A stretch of DNA of 64,000 nt from Spirochaetia bacterium (lineage in GTDB: Bacteria > Spirochaetota > Spirochaetia > SZUA-6 > Bin103). The stretch spans positions 224,001-288,000 of the forward strand of contig CBDBOV010000006.1 of assembly GCA_965208575.1 (NCBI GenBank), written 5' to 3'. A program made the position numbers and the translations under genes. Under the pieces are notes generated by a model, which worked only from the letters and a program-made list of their open reading frames with translations, had not been told where the DNA came from and searched no databases. Shown piece by piece: positions 19,030 to 28,681 of the stretch; the stretch's first letter is position 1; every line of letters starts with the position of its first letter.

Positions 19030-19190
19030 CCAGTAACGGACATCGGCTGTTGAGCGCAATTTTCAGATCAATAACGAATTAACAAGATTCCCGCTCTGGA
19101 ACTTCGGGTTAGTAGGTGACCAGCGCAGTGGAGTTGGATGCCAAATCCCGGCCGGAGCCCAAGCGCAGCCGCTCTCCGATACCGTCGGAC

Positions 19191-19682
19191 TCACGGTGGG
19201 TATCCTGAACGGGTCGTGACTGCTCCATCACTACTTGGTGACAACGGTGTCTCGAACTCGCGCTCGTTTCCACGGAGCCATAGGTCGATCGTTCGCGAGG
19301 TCTTATCCACCAGCTCGCGGCGCAATGCGCACTGCCAAACAACAGCCACTCGCCAACCGTGGTCCAGCAACTGCTGCCGGTTGCGTCGATCTCGTTCGAC
19401 ATTCGCTCTGAACTTAGCCTGCCAGAAGGCGCGACGCGTAGCGGGATCGGTCGTCTGGGGACAGCCTGGATGCCGATGCCAGAAACAGCCGTGGACGAAG
19501 CAAGCTGCCCGGAAGCGAGGGAAGGCAAGGTCCGGCGTTCCGGGAAGCCTACGAACATGGAGGCGGTATCTCAGCCCGCGTGCGTGAAGCGAGCGACGTA
19601 AGGCGAACTCCGGTTTCGTGTCCTTCGTGGGGACGCTCGCCATGATGCGCGATCGCGTCGCCCTATCTACCGTGTCGGACAA
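19191..19682 (-). CDS. vsr: Very short patch repair endonuclease
   Basis: RSRIMASV..KDTKPE, LPGTPD, FVHGCFWHRH, FWQAKF...NVERD, VWQC. Confidence 0.95.
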   Translation of the reverse strand: MSDTVDRATRSRIMASVPTKDTKPEFALRRSLHARGLRYRLHVRRLPGTPDLAFPRFRAACFVHGCFWHRHPGCPQTTDPATRRAFWQAKFRANVERDRRNRQQLLDHGWRVAVVWQCALRRELVDKTSRTIDLWLRGNEREFETPLSPSSDGAVTTRSGYPP

Positions 19683-19743
19683 CGTGTGGGCCGAGCTTGC
19701 GACCGCAACCGTAGAACGAGTGTCGGCACTGCTGTCGATCGTG

Positions 19744-20823
19744 TCATGCGAGACCGCGGTCGGAAAGGTGCGAAGCTATCGCACGGCCAATAACCTGACC
19801 GAGCAGTACGGGAACGGCGTTACCGATCATCCGTCCGATTCTCTTGAACTGTATCGTCTCACCCGGCGCGACGAATCGATAGTCGTAGGGGAACGACTGC
19901 AGGATCGCACCCTCGCGCAAAGACAAAGCTCGGTCCTGTTCCGGATGGCCGAATCGGCCGTTTCCAAATCCATAGAACTGCGTCGTGATCGTCGGCGAGG
20001 GCTCGTCGAATCGCATTCGGCCATAAACGGATTTGTAACCGCGTCCCGATTCTAGGCGATGACACGGCGCCACCAACTCCTCTTCCCAATCCTTCCAACT
20101 GCCCCCCGGCTTAGACGCTTTAATACGTCTCAGATTGATCGGCGACAGGCGGCTTGCTGTATGCAATGAATCTCCAGGATGCGTCTCACCGGCAGCCAAC
20201 GGCGGAAGGTCCCCGATTGCCTGCTCCACGGTCCGATAGCAGCCGAGTGCGTGAGTCGGCCCTTCCAATTCCACGGCCCCGTGCAACGATGCCACCACAA
20301 CCAACCGATATCGCCGTTGCGGAAGACCGTATTCGGGTAGAAACACTACCCGATGATCCATGGTGTATCCTGCTTCGCCCAGCGCATCCAACAAGTTGCC
20401 GAAGACGTGGCCGTCACGATAATCCATCAGACGGGGAACATTCTCCATCGACACGACATCCGGCCTCGTGTCGGCGACAAGCTCACCGAAACGCCCCACC
20501 AGTCTCCAGTTCGGATCATCATTCTTTTGATTGTAACGTGAGAACGGCTGGCACGGCGCACAGCCGACCAGAATTCGTGGACCATCGGGCTCGAATAACG
20601 GCTCGATCTCCTCCGACCTTAGATGGTCGACGTCACGCAGGACGAATCTTGCGTTGTTGTTGTGCTCGAACGGATACCGGCAATGCATGTCGACGTCTAT
20701 CCCGGCCGCTATGTGGAATCCTTCTCTGAGCATTCCGTGTGCTAGCCCACCGGCCCCGCAGAACACGTCCACGACGGAACCCGGAGCGCTCGAACGTCGT
20801 GAGTCCCGAGCCCTTTCACTCAT
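19744..20823 (-). CDS. dcm: DNA (cytosine-5)-methyltransferase
   Basis: Motifs I FCGAGG, IV PCQ, VI ENV, VIII QRRYR, IX RALSLREG, X GNAV. Confidence 0.95.
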   Translation of the reverse strand: MSERARDSRRSSAPGSVVDVFCGAGGLAHGMLREGFHIAAGIDVDMHCRYPFEHNNNARFVLRDVDHLRSEEIEPLFEPDGPRILVGCAPCQPFSRYNQKNDDPNWRLVGRFGELVADTRPDVVSMENVPRLMDYRDGHVFGNLLDALGEAGYTMDHRVVFLPEYGLPQRRYRLVVVASLHGAVELEGPTHALGCYRTVEQAIGDLPPLAAGETHPGDSLHTASRLSPINLRRIKASKPGGSWKDWEEELVAPCHRLESGRGYKSVYGRMRFDEPSPTITTQFYGFGNGRFGHPEQDRALSLREGAILQSFPYDYRFVAPGETIQFKRIGRMIGNAVPVLLGQVIGRAIASHLSDRGLA

Positions 20824-20934
20824 GCAGAGCGCTCCCGGCGACGACCGTCTATCGGCGAGTCCATGGACCCGAGGTGCCGCGACTCCGTTTGTCGACAGGC
20901 TCCAAGAATCATGATGGTCTCAGTACGCATCGGC

Positions 20935-21606
20935 CTACGCTTTTCGTTGCAGTTTAAGGATTCGGTCCAAAGATTGCCAAAGCGTACGGTTCCGTTGTGT
21001 GGCTGCTTGCATTGACAAGCTCGACTTCAGTGTGGTCAGTCCTCGCATTCCATACATCGACGTGACGAGGCACAACAAGAGCTCGAATGACGACTCTGCG
21101 GCCAACGGGAAGGTCGGGTTTCGCTCGGGCACTGGAAGTGCATTGGCGATCTGACTCTCTGTGGCACCCATCGATTGGCATGGCTGCGCGTGATAGTAAT
21201 TATGATTGTCGCCGTCTTCCGGTGTTTCATATCTGAGCCCCAGGAACACCGGACGCGTGGCGCTGCTGTCTGCCCTTGGTGTCGACGGGTTCGCTGACCA
21301 AAGGCCCAAGTAGAAGGCGCACTTTGGAAGCGGCAATTCGAAATTCCAGCGACACCAGATCGCGGCTATTGCATGTTTCTCCCTGGGCGGTGGTTGGATG
21401 TAGATCGCTTCTGCTTCGCTGAACTGGCCGCGCCTACGATGTAGTAGGTAAGTCTCAAGTTGCATCTCGGTCAGAGGACTGAACGCTCGTGTGGCATTTT
21501 CGACGGAATATGACCTGTGCGGCCCGCGACGTTGCATCTGTATGCCTTCGTTCAGCAGCAAGCGTAGCACGGACAGGATGGCTTTTTGCTCGTCGGTCGC
21601 GGGCAA
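20935..21606 (-). CDS. Hypothetical protein (223 aa) within the MORC/methyltransferase module
   Basis: TTG start 4 nt after the receiver gene stop; globular composition; RYETPE...HNYYHAQ motif. Confidence 0.75.
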   Translation of the reverse strand: MPATDEQKAILSVLRLLLNEGIQMQRRGPHRSYSVENATRAFSPLTEMQLETYLLHRRRGQFSEAEAIYIQPPPREKHAIAAIWCRWNFELPLPKCAFYLGLWSANPSTPRADSSATRPVFLGLRYETPEDGDNHNYYHAQPCQSMGATESQIANALPVPERNPTFPLAAESSFELLLCLVTSMYGMRGLTTLKSSLSMQAATQRNRTLWQSLDRILKLQRKA

Positions 21607-21609
21607 TGT

Positions 21610-22896
21610 TCACTTCCCGAATGCAAAGCGTCGCTGTGGTCCGTAGTGCACTCCTTCAAGACGCTTGACGAACCTCCGGTCGAACGCGTTGTGGAACCCG
21701 GCACGGAACTCCTGTCCCTCCGCGACGTCGGTGAAGATAGAACAGTCCTCCATGAATGCAATACTCGGAACCGACGAATAGTCGAAGCTCGCTCTCAGTT
21801 GTTTGATACTCTCGTTCGCTTCCAGTCTCTGACACCACACGGCAGGTCTAGACAAGCACTCCGCGGGTTGAAACCAATGGCTCTCGTCGATCATGACCTT
21901 CAGACGCTCCGGCCGGTGTATGGCCTCGTTCCACGCCCCCGCATTCGACACATCGTCTCCCAACAGGAACGGAAATCGACTTAACATATGTGGAACGTCG
22001 ATCAGAACGTCCTGTGGGCCAAGCACTTCCCTCTCGAGCCACTTGCCTATTCTTGCGGCGCCAAAGCGAACAGCGGCCACCAAGTCCGTCTCCAACAGGG
22101 ATCTCGAATCGAGACCATTCGCCGTCGTCGAAAGGAACGATCTCAGTGTTTGTTTTTCGAGAGTCTCGAAGTCCTCCGCATCCGGCGCAATGAAGCCGAA
22201 CGCCGAATCGGAGAGTCGGGCGACATCGTCGAGTTGCATACCGAATATCTCGATTATCGGTCGGTCCAGAGCTTCGCTCATGGCACTCTCCCGGGCGCGT
22301 TGAGCCTCGACAGCCCCAGAGAGAACCTGCCACGTCCAGGGGCGGAATCCCTTCCAAGCGTGTCTCCGCCACAAGCCTGGAGCCCAAAGTCGCCGCGCGT
22401 CGATGTTCAGGTCTGCATGGCTTGCAAGATCAGCTCGCATGCTCAGATCGAAGTCGATGTGCCGAAACTGATTGAGGACAACGACTACCGAGCAATCAGA
22501 GAACATACGTGCAAGTCGCGCCAGACTCTCGCCGGTGTACTCGGTATTGTCGTCGGAAATGTGTATGAGATCGTAGTCGATGATCAGGATATCGACTCCG
22601 TCGAACAGGCAAGGTTCGTCCTTCTGCTTCGGTGAGGTTGCTGCGGGCGCTTCCCCTAGCGCGCTCACTGTCTCGATCTGACGTTTGTCGCCGCCCTCAG
22701 CGATGCACCGCATGTTGACTTCGTACCGTTCGCGAGCTGCTCCCCGTCGACGTAGTAATTCACGGGTGGCGTCATGCACAAACTCGTTCGGCTCGGTACG
22801 TATGTCGTACTCCTTCGGTGCCACGTTCTTGATGTGCTCCACGCACTCTTGCGCCAGTTCGGGATCGTCGTCACAGACGAGTACGGAATAGCTCAT
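21610..22896 (-). CDS. Receiver (REC) domain protein with large uncharacterised C-terminal region
   Basis: SVLVCDDD acidic pocket, DILIIDYDL putative phosphoacceptor; start at ATG 22896 after ggag. Confidence 0.75.
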   Translation of the reverse strand: MSYSVLVCDDDPELAQECVEHIKNVAPKEYDIRTEPNEFVHDATRELLRRRGAARERYEVNMRCIAEGGDKRQIETVSALGEAPAATSPKQKDEPCLFDGVDILIIDYDLIHISDDNTEYTGESLARLARMFSDCSVVVVLNQFRHIDFDLSMRADLASHADLNIDARRLWAPGLWRRHAWKGFRPWTWQVLSGAVEAQRARESAMSEALDRPIIEIFGMQLDDVARLSDSAFGFIAPDAEDFETLEKQTLRSFLSTTANGLDSRSLLETDLVAAVRFGAARIGKWLEREVLGPQDVLIDVPHMLSRFPFLLGDDVSNAGAWNEAIHRPERLKVMIDESHWFQPAECLSRPAVWCQRLEANESIKQLRASFDYSSVPSIAFMEDCSIFTDVAEGQEFRAGFHNAFDRRFVKRLEGVHYGPQRRFAFGK

Positions 22897-22901
22897 TTCG
22901 G

Positions 22902-25154
22902 TCAACTCCATGATATGCGAAACGCCGTCGTCCATCCAGGGGACGGCTTAACGAACATTACCCTTGCATGCCTCAGATTCGCTATCATGCGCACGATGGT
23001 CAAACCGAGCCCCATACCGCCCAAGCCAAGCGCGCGCCGTTCCTCCGAGATGCTGACACGTCTGGTGAAAGGCTCGAACAATTCACCCGATCGAGCTGGA
23101 TCGACACCAGATCCATTGTCCTCAATGGTTATCCATGCCCCGCGCCGGCTCCTACCTGCGGCAAATCGGATGCGCCGTCTGTCCAGATCCAGAGTCGCGT
23201 TGGCGGCGTTGACGATGACATTCTGAAACAACGAGTTCCACTCCGCGAAGCTCGCTGCGGGCAAGTAGATGTCGCCGGGGATCGATCCCGTGAATCGAAC
23301 GCCAGGTACGAGCGGACGAACATTCTCAATGACTTGTTTCAACACGGACGCCGCCGACAACGCTTCGACTTCGTCTCTGTCATCTGCGTCCAAAAGAGGT
23401 CCGAACACCCTCCGAGTATCCTCGAGTCTATCGAGCCAGACACCAAACCTAGCGACGATCTCACCGACACGAGGCTCCTTCAAATCCTTCCCTAAACGGT
23501 TCAACGTCCGCACAAGGTGGCGTGCGCGCCGAATCTCCTTTCGGCTCTCGTGTTCCAAAGCAAGAGCCGCCATTCCGGCCGAAGCAAGCGGGCCGAGCAA
23601 TGTCCGAGCGACCTCGTCGGCTTTTCGCTCCTTGTCAATGGTCTCAGAGAGCCCGTCGAACTCGTCCCGCAGAGCCGCGATCGTATCGTCGTCCGGATAG
23701 GATGCGCTGGCATCAAAAAGCAAGGATCGCACGCTGTCGAGTCTTCGTCCCGCCGTCTTTCTCGGTTGCGCTATCTCTGCCTTGCGCTGCTCCCGCAGCC
23801 GCTGCCGTGTCGCATAATAGTCCAGCGACCAGCGTACGGCATCGCGGAGCTGCTCATACGAACGATTCGAAACCAAACGGTCTCTGGTGATCTGGATCTT
23901 GAGAAAGTCACCACGCTCTCTCTGGACATGATCGGCGCGCTCCGCCTCCTGACCCGTATCGATGAGAACCACGCCTAACAGGCGTCCCTGCGTTGGCAGG
24001 TCGTTCAGTGCGCGGCGCACGTGAAGCCGTTCGGGAAGTAGACTCGATTTGTTCCTTCTGTGGGAGTGATCGAACTCAATACCCAACCAGTCCTGTTGAA
24101 CCCCATAGTACGGAAGTCGAAACCCGCCATCATATACCATAACGCCGCCGAACTTGGCGAAGTAGTCGCGAGCGGTCTGGACGTCGATTCCTCCTGGCTG
24201 TCTGCCGGACAGCTTGAAGACTCTGACCTGCCACTTTGCGGACTCAATCACCGGGTCGATGTCAAACGTCTCTGAATACTGCTCTCCACTGCGAAAGGCG
24301 ACTGTCACATGGACGTGGGTTCGGTCCCCGGCCCGCGTCAGCTCACCGGTGATCATCGCCATGTAGTTCCGTAGTGCGAGCATCATTTGGTCCTCGAAGG
24401 AAGCTTCGACTTCGCCTATCGTAGAGCTCAGCTTGATGCGAAAGTCGTCGGCGTCGAGCTTGCGAGTGGCGAGTGAGCCATACCGTGGCAACGGCGACTG
24501 CATCATCCACAACTGGCGGCCGAGATCGCGAATCGCTACCGCATCCCACCGTTGCTTCAAGTTGGTCATCATGACCGTGGTGCCGTGTGGCTTTCGCTTC
24601 GCGAATGATCTTTGGCCCCGCTCGGTCCTGTAGTGCGCTTCGGCCTCGGTGAGTGTACCCGCTTCTATCGCGACGTCCCAGTCGACGGTCGCTCGTAACG
24701 ATCGAGCGGGATCTGACTTGGACGCAGTCATGATTTCGAGTCTATGAGCGAGAAACTGCGCCGAAAGTCTTCCCACCCCCTTGGATCCCGTCACGGTTCG
24801 TCGAAGGTCACGACTGATAGCACGATCCTGCTTGTTTCGCGTCCCGATCGTCATCCAATAGTCGAGGAACTCTCTCTCAGTCATACCGTGACCGTCGTCG
24901 GTCACCGTGATTCTGTTCTTGTCGATAGAAATCGTGCATCGTGTAGCGTCGGCATCGTAGGCGTTCTTTATCAACTCGGCCAAAGCGATATGAGGCTGGC
25001 CCACCAGCCGCTCGCCAAGTTCACGCAACAACGCGGAGTCGGCCTGGAACTTCGCGGTCTGGTATTCGCCTTCGGCGTCGGCTTGCGACGCGCCCACCAT
25101 GGGTGTTCTCCCAAGTGTCGCATCGCGGTGTGTCGCAGTATCGGCCATCATCAA
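22902..25154 (-). CDS. MORC-type GHKL ATPase fused to a histidine kinase
   Basis: ELIKNAYDA, DDGHGM, GSKGVGR, GT; S5-like region GFRLPYYG..DWLG; H-box ALEHE; second ATP-binding domain QNVIVNA, DNGSG, FEPF, GMGLGL. Confidence 0.88.
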   Translation of the reverse strand: MMMADTATHRDATLGRTPMVGASQADAEGEYQTAKFQADSALLRELGERLVGQPHIALAELIKNAYDADATRCTISIDKNRITVTDDGHGMTEREFLDYWMTIGTRNKQDRAISRDLRRTVTGSKGVGRLSAQFLAHRLEIMTASKSDPARSLRATVDWDVAIEAGTLTEAEAHYRTERGQRSFAKRKPHGTTVMMTNLKQRWDAVAIRDLGRQLWMMQSPLPRYGSLATRKLDADDFRIKLSSTIGEVEASFEDQMMLALRNYMAMITGELTRAGDRTHVHVTVAFRSGEQYSETFDIDPVIESAKWQVRVFKLSGRQPGGIDVQTARDYFAKFGGVMVYDGGFRLPYYGVQQDWLGIEFDHSHRRNKSSLLPERLHVRRALNDLPTQGRLLGVVLIDTGQEAERADHVQRERGDFLKIQITRDRLVSNRSYEQLRDAVRWSLDYYATRQRLREQRKAEIAQPRKTAGRRLDSVRSLLFDASASYPDDDTIAALRDEFDGLSETIDKERKADEVARTLLGPLASAGMAALALEHESRKEIRRARHLVRTLNRLGKDLKEPRVGEIVARFGVWLDRLEDTRRVFGPLLDADDRDEVEALSAASVLKQVIENVRPLVPGVRFTGSIPGDIYLPAASFAEWNSLFQNVIVNAANATLDLDRRRIRFAAGRSRRGAWITIEDNGSGVDPARSGELFEPFTRRVSISEERRALGLGGMGLGLTIVRMIANLRHARVMFVKPSPGWTTAFRISWS

Positions 25155-25386
25155 TTGAACCGGTCAACTCGTGGGCATCCCTCATGCCCGCCGGTCGCTC
25201 GCTCAAGCTACTCAATTCTATCACGGATGGCGGTCGAACATGCAACTCGACCGACACTCGTTCTACAACTGTTTCGTCGGAGTGCCTCAACGTGTCGCCG
25301 GATTCAGGCGCACGTGACAGTCACGGCGGCCGGATCCCAGATTGTCCGGCTCGGCAGCGTTGCCAAGCCACGCGCCTCGGCTACAT

Positions 25387-25925
25387 TCGGCTACCTCGGG
25401 GCGTTGACGGGCGCGCGTGGTGGAGATGTTACCGCCGATCGCGCAGTTACCGCTGTGGACAGGGCGGTGCGCCGCGCTGCCGCCGGGCGTGACCAGTAGC
25501 CAACATGTACTTCGCCACCACCGCGATCCTGTCGCTGGTCCGCTGGACGCGGCTGGCGAGCGACACCCGCCAAGTTCCTGTCCGCTGCGCCAGGAGATTC
25601 CGTGGTGGCGGGGCAGGTGGCCGGGATGCGTGCGCCCAGATGATCCTGCGCCGCATGGCGGCCTCGTTCGTGAGCCACATCGCGGCGTCGCTCACGCTCA
25701 GCATCCCGGTGATGACATTGGCAACACCTCACTGCCGTCCCTGCGTCCGGGCAAGAAGACGCACAGGATCAGTTGCGGCCTGCTGATGCAGAGCGGCAGA
25801 GCGGCAGAGCGCAGAAGCATATCCTCAATCTGACCCGCTGGTTGATGACCCGGTACTGTACATGTCGCGACCGTACCGGCGTCCAACCTCATCGCCGCCG
25901 CCGACCCCTACCCGCCCGACCTGAC
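25387..25925 (+). pseudogene. Degenerate copy of the 3' half of oppC (about 16262-16817)
   Basis: Colinear similarity with many indels: MYFATTAILSLVRWTRLA, SHIAASLTLSIP, ending gccgccgacccctac. Confidence 0.88.
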
Positions 25926-26256
25926 CTGACAACACGAACACGGGAAGATCGCGGGTTCTCTCGATCAGTGACCACGCCAATCACTGACTCCTACAAGCTT
26001 CGCTGTCATCACGGCCAACGATCCAGGGCCGACCCCTCACCGCGCCCTCGGCCTCGCACCACATCGCCATTTGCTAGTGCAGCGCGCGCAACGAATATGC
26101 GGCTCAGTCGAGTCAGCGCTCTGCGGAAGCGCATGTACTCCACTTGTTACGGCAAAAGCATCACCGAGGGTCCGTAGACACTAGCGCCAGCCCCCCCCAA
26201 TTTCCCACCAATCGTGTGATTCTTCCAACTGTATTTCGCAATAGGAACCCACTATC

Positions 26257-28530
26257 TCAGCCGTCTCGGAAGATCGGCCGATAGACCGTCCCATCATAGA
26301 AGAATGCGTCGCCTCTAGATCCCTCGATACCCCAAGCGCCGCGCTGTCCAAAACGACCGCGCTCACCGTCTCCATATTTTCCGCCAAGCGGACACCACGT
26401 TCCATCACCTCCACTACCGTACTCCCCGCGGACACCCCCCCGCCCCGGCATTCCTCCCGAGGTGTCTACTCTATTCCGCATGACGGATAAGACACCTACC
26501 GTCTCAATCGCCCCATGGAACTCCAACGTAACCCTCCCGCCAGCGCCGCCAATCCCTCCGGCCCCGCCATCGCCTCCATCGCCGCCGTGGCCTGCCGGCC
26601 TTCCAGCCCCTACCGCACCGCACACCGCGAACTTTCCGTCGCCACCACGGCCTCCCCTACCTCCGATTCCACCACGCCCCCCAGAAACATCGACTCGAAC
26701 ATTAGCGATCTGTTGTGAGATTGACGGAATTTCGTTGTTGCCTGAGCACGACACAAAACCCATATTCAGCGTTATTTTCCCACCGCTGCCTCCCGATCCG
26801 CCGTCACCACCGATGCCGCCGCCCTCCCCACTCACTCGGTCCTCTTCTCCACCGACAAAAAACCGTAGGTTCTTACGTCGCTGAAAGGACTCCCCATCCC
26901 TTCCAAAATCCCCTCGGTTCCCTGCACCACCGTCAGCCACGATCTCCAGTGGACCGAGAATAATCGACCTCCTCGCCACAAGTTCAAGAACACCCCCATC
27001 ACCGAGCTCGTCACGGCTCACGTAGATGGAGAATCCGCTCTTGGGTACGACAAACCAGTTGAACACCAACTGATCGTCAATCGCGACCATCCTCTTGCCT
27101 GTGGCAAACAAACTGTTCGATGCTTCGCCATCGGGAAAGTACCCAGAGGAAGCATTAACGATCTGTGCAACATCGCTCTTCAAGATGCACGTCGCACGCA
27201 GATCAGCGACCTTCTTGAGCACGTGCTCCGGCACATAATCGGTCCCCGAAGTGTCGCAATCACGAGACTCTTTACAGGCTCTATGACCCCTAGCAAGCGC
27301 CTCGAGCTGTCGTTCCATAGGTACGATGCTATTTACGATTTCACGTACCCACCACCTGGGAATCCCCGGCAAGCCTGCCATCTCGTTCAACGCATGTTCG
27401 CCCGATTCGATCTGCCGAGCGATGACAAGGTCGTCCAACGTATCCCGATATTGCATTGTAATCCGGCGCAACTCTTCTTCGTGCCAATCCGTCCACGGGT
27501 CAATCCCGTCAGGTTTCCATCCGAAATGCTCCATCGAAGCAACGCCATACGCAACTGTCGCAGCTCCGCCCTTGTCGAGTTGCTTTAGCGATCCACGAAT
27601 CAGCTTCCAAATTCCGTCGATTGGATCGGATGAGCGGAGTTTTTCTTCGATTGTCGCCTCGATAGTATCAGAATAGGCTTCCGGGTCTCCGCCACCAACT
27701 GCTCTAACGTTTACGGTCAAGTGGTCGAGTTTGGATACAACATCAAGTGCTCCGGCCAACTTCTGTTTCTGCGATACTTTGAGCGGCGCCTTAAACGGTA
27801 CCCCAGCTTTGAACTCTCCAGCAAGGTCAGCGACCGTTCTTGTGTCCATTGATGACAAAATAACGGTAACCTCTATCGCAACTGCACGACGCTCTTCACT
27901 GACATACCGCGTTCCACAAGTCCTTGCAAATTCAGCATGTTTACCAGAATCAATCAATCCTTGAGCATAATCTGTGAGTCGAATGTCTGGCGTTAAACCC
28001 CATCTCCCATAGTCTATCTCAGCCCGAAGCACAGCGATCACTCGTTGCATGCCATGTTCGTGTTGGAAGCCCAATTCCGTATCGAACCCAGCGGTTGCGG
28101 TGTTCTTCAATATCGATACATCAACTTTGTAATCTAACTCAGCCGATAGGTTCAAGCTGTCCCGATTGTAATGCAATTGGAAAAAAATTTCTGCGTTGAC
28201 TGGTCCCGCATCGATTTTTTGAGTTTCGTACTTCAAGCACGGAAGTTTCCTTTCCGTAAGATCATTCGGGCTAAATCCGCGCCCGAAAGTCAGCGCCAAC
28301 TCCGGATGATACTGGTAGACATCCGGGTCACCATCAACTTCGATCCGGTATGATTCTGGCACGACCTGTTCGTCGTACGCTGTAGCTAGTCCCGGCGTTG
28401 CGTGGGCAATCGTAGCATTAAGGAAGACTAAGAGCGTTCCCACTAGGAATTGGCGCGAGCGAATACAGCATGTACTCTTCAAAACGTAAGTGCGGAATCT
28501 GCAGATACAGACTATTGAAAGTGTTCTCAT
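26257..28530 (-). CDS. Secreted protein with putative MACPF/CDC-like domain and Gly-rich (GGxGGxG) C-terminus
   Basis: Signal-like LVGTLLVFLNATIAHA; FGRGF...LPCL; EFARTCGTRYV resembles the MACPF signature; low GC; start uncertain. Confidence 0.55.
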   Translation of the reverse strand: MRTLSIVCICRFRTYVLKSTCCIRSRQFLVGTLLVFLNATIAHATPGLATAYDEQVVPESYRIEVDGDPDVYQYHPELALTFGRGFSPNDLTERKLPCLKYETQKIDAGPVNAEIFFQLHYNRDSLNLSAELDYKVDVSILKNTATAGFDTELGFQHEHGMQRVIAVLRAEIDYGRWGLTPDIRLTDYAQGLIDSGKHAEFARTCGTRYVSEERRAVAIEVTVILSSMDTRTVADLAGEFKAGVPFKAPLKVSQKQKLAGALDVVSKLDHLTVNVRAVGGGDPEAYSDTIEATIEEKLRSSDPIDGIWKLIRGSLKQLDKGGAATVAYGVASMEHFGWKPDGIDPWTDWHEEELRRITMQYRDTLDDLVIARQIESGEHALNEMAGLPGIPRWWVREIVNSIVPMERQLEALARGHRACKESRDCDTSGTDYVPEHVLKKVADLRATCILKSDVAQIVNASSGYFPDGEASNSLFATGKRMVAIDDQLVFNWFVVPKSGFSIYVSRDELGDGGVLELVARRSIILGPLEIVADGGAGNRGDFGRDGESFQRRKNLRFFVGGEEDRVSGEGGGIGGDGGSGGSGGKITLNMGFVSCSGNNEIPSISQQIANVRVDVSGGRGGIGGRGGRGGDGKFAVCGAVGAGRPAGHGGDGGDGGAGGIGGAGGRVTLEFHGAIETVGVLSVMRNRVDTSGGMPGRGGVRGEYGSGGDGTWCPLGGKYGDGERGRFGQRGAWGIEGSRGDAFFYDGTVYRPIFRDG

Positions 28531-28681
28531 CAGGGCGCGATACTCCACCTGACAAACAGGAATTCTATAGTGGCTACGTCCCGGTGGCGAGCCTCTAACT
28601 CTCCCAACCGGTCCGATACATGCGATCATATGGAATGCGGGGCTATCCGGCATCTAATTGGTCATTCGGGTCGAAGCTCAG

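Larger units (their letters stand above)
17126..19112 (+). mobile_element. IS1634 family insertion sequence
   Basis: Imperfect terminal inverted repeats ttagtccgaggtttgagag (17126) and ctctggaacttcgggttag (ends 19112) around a transposase; no target duplication seen. Confidence 0.75.
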
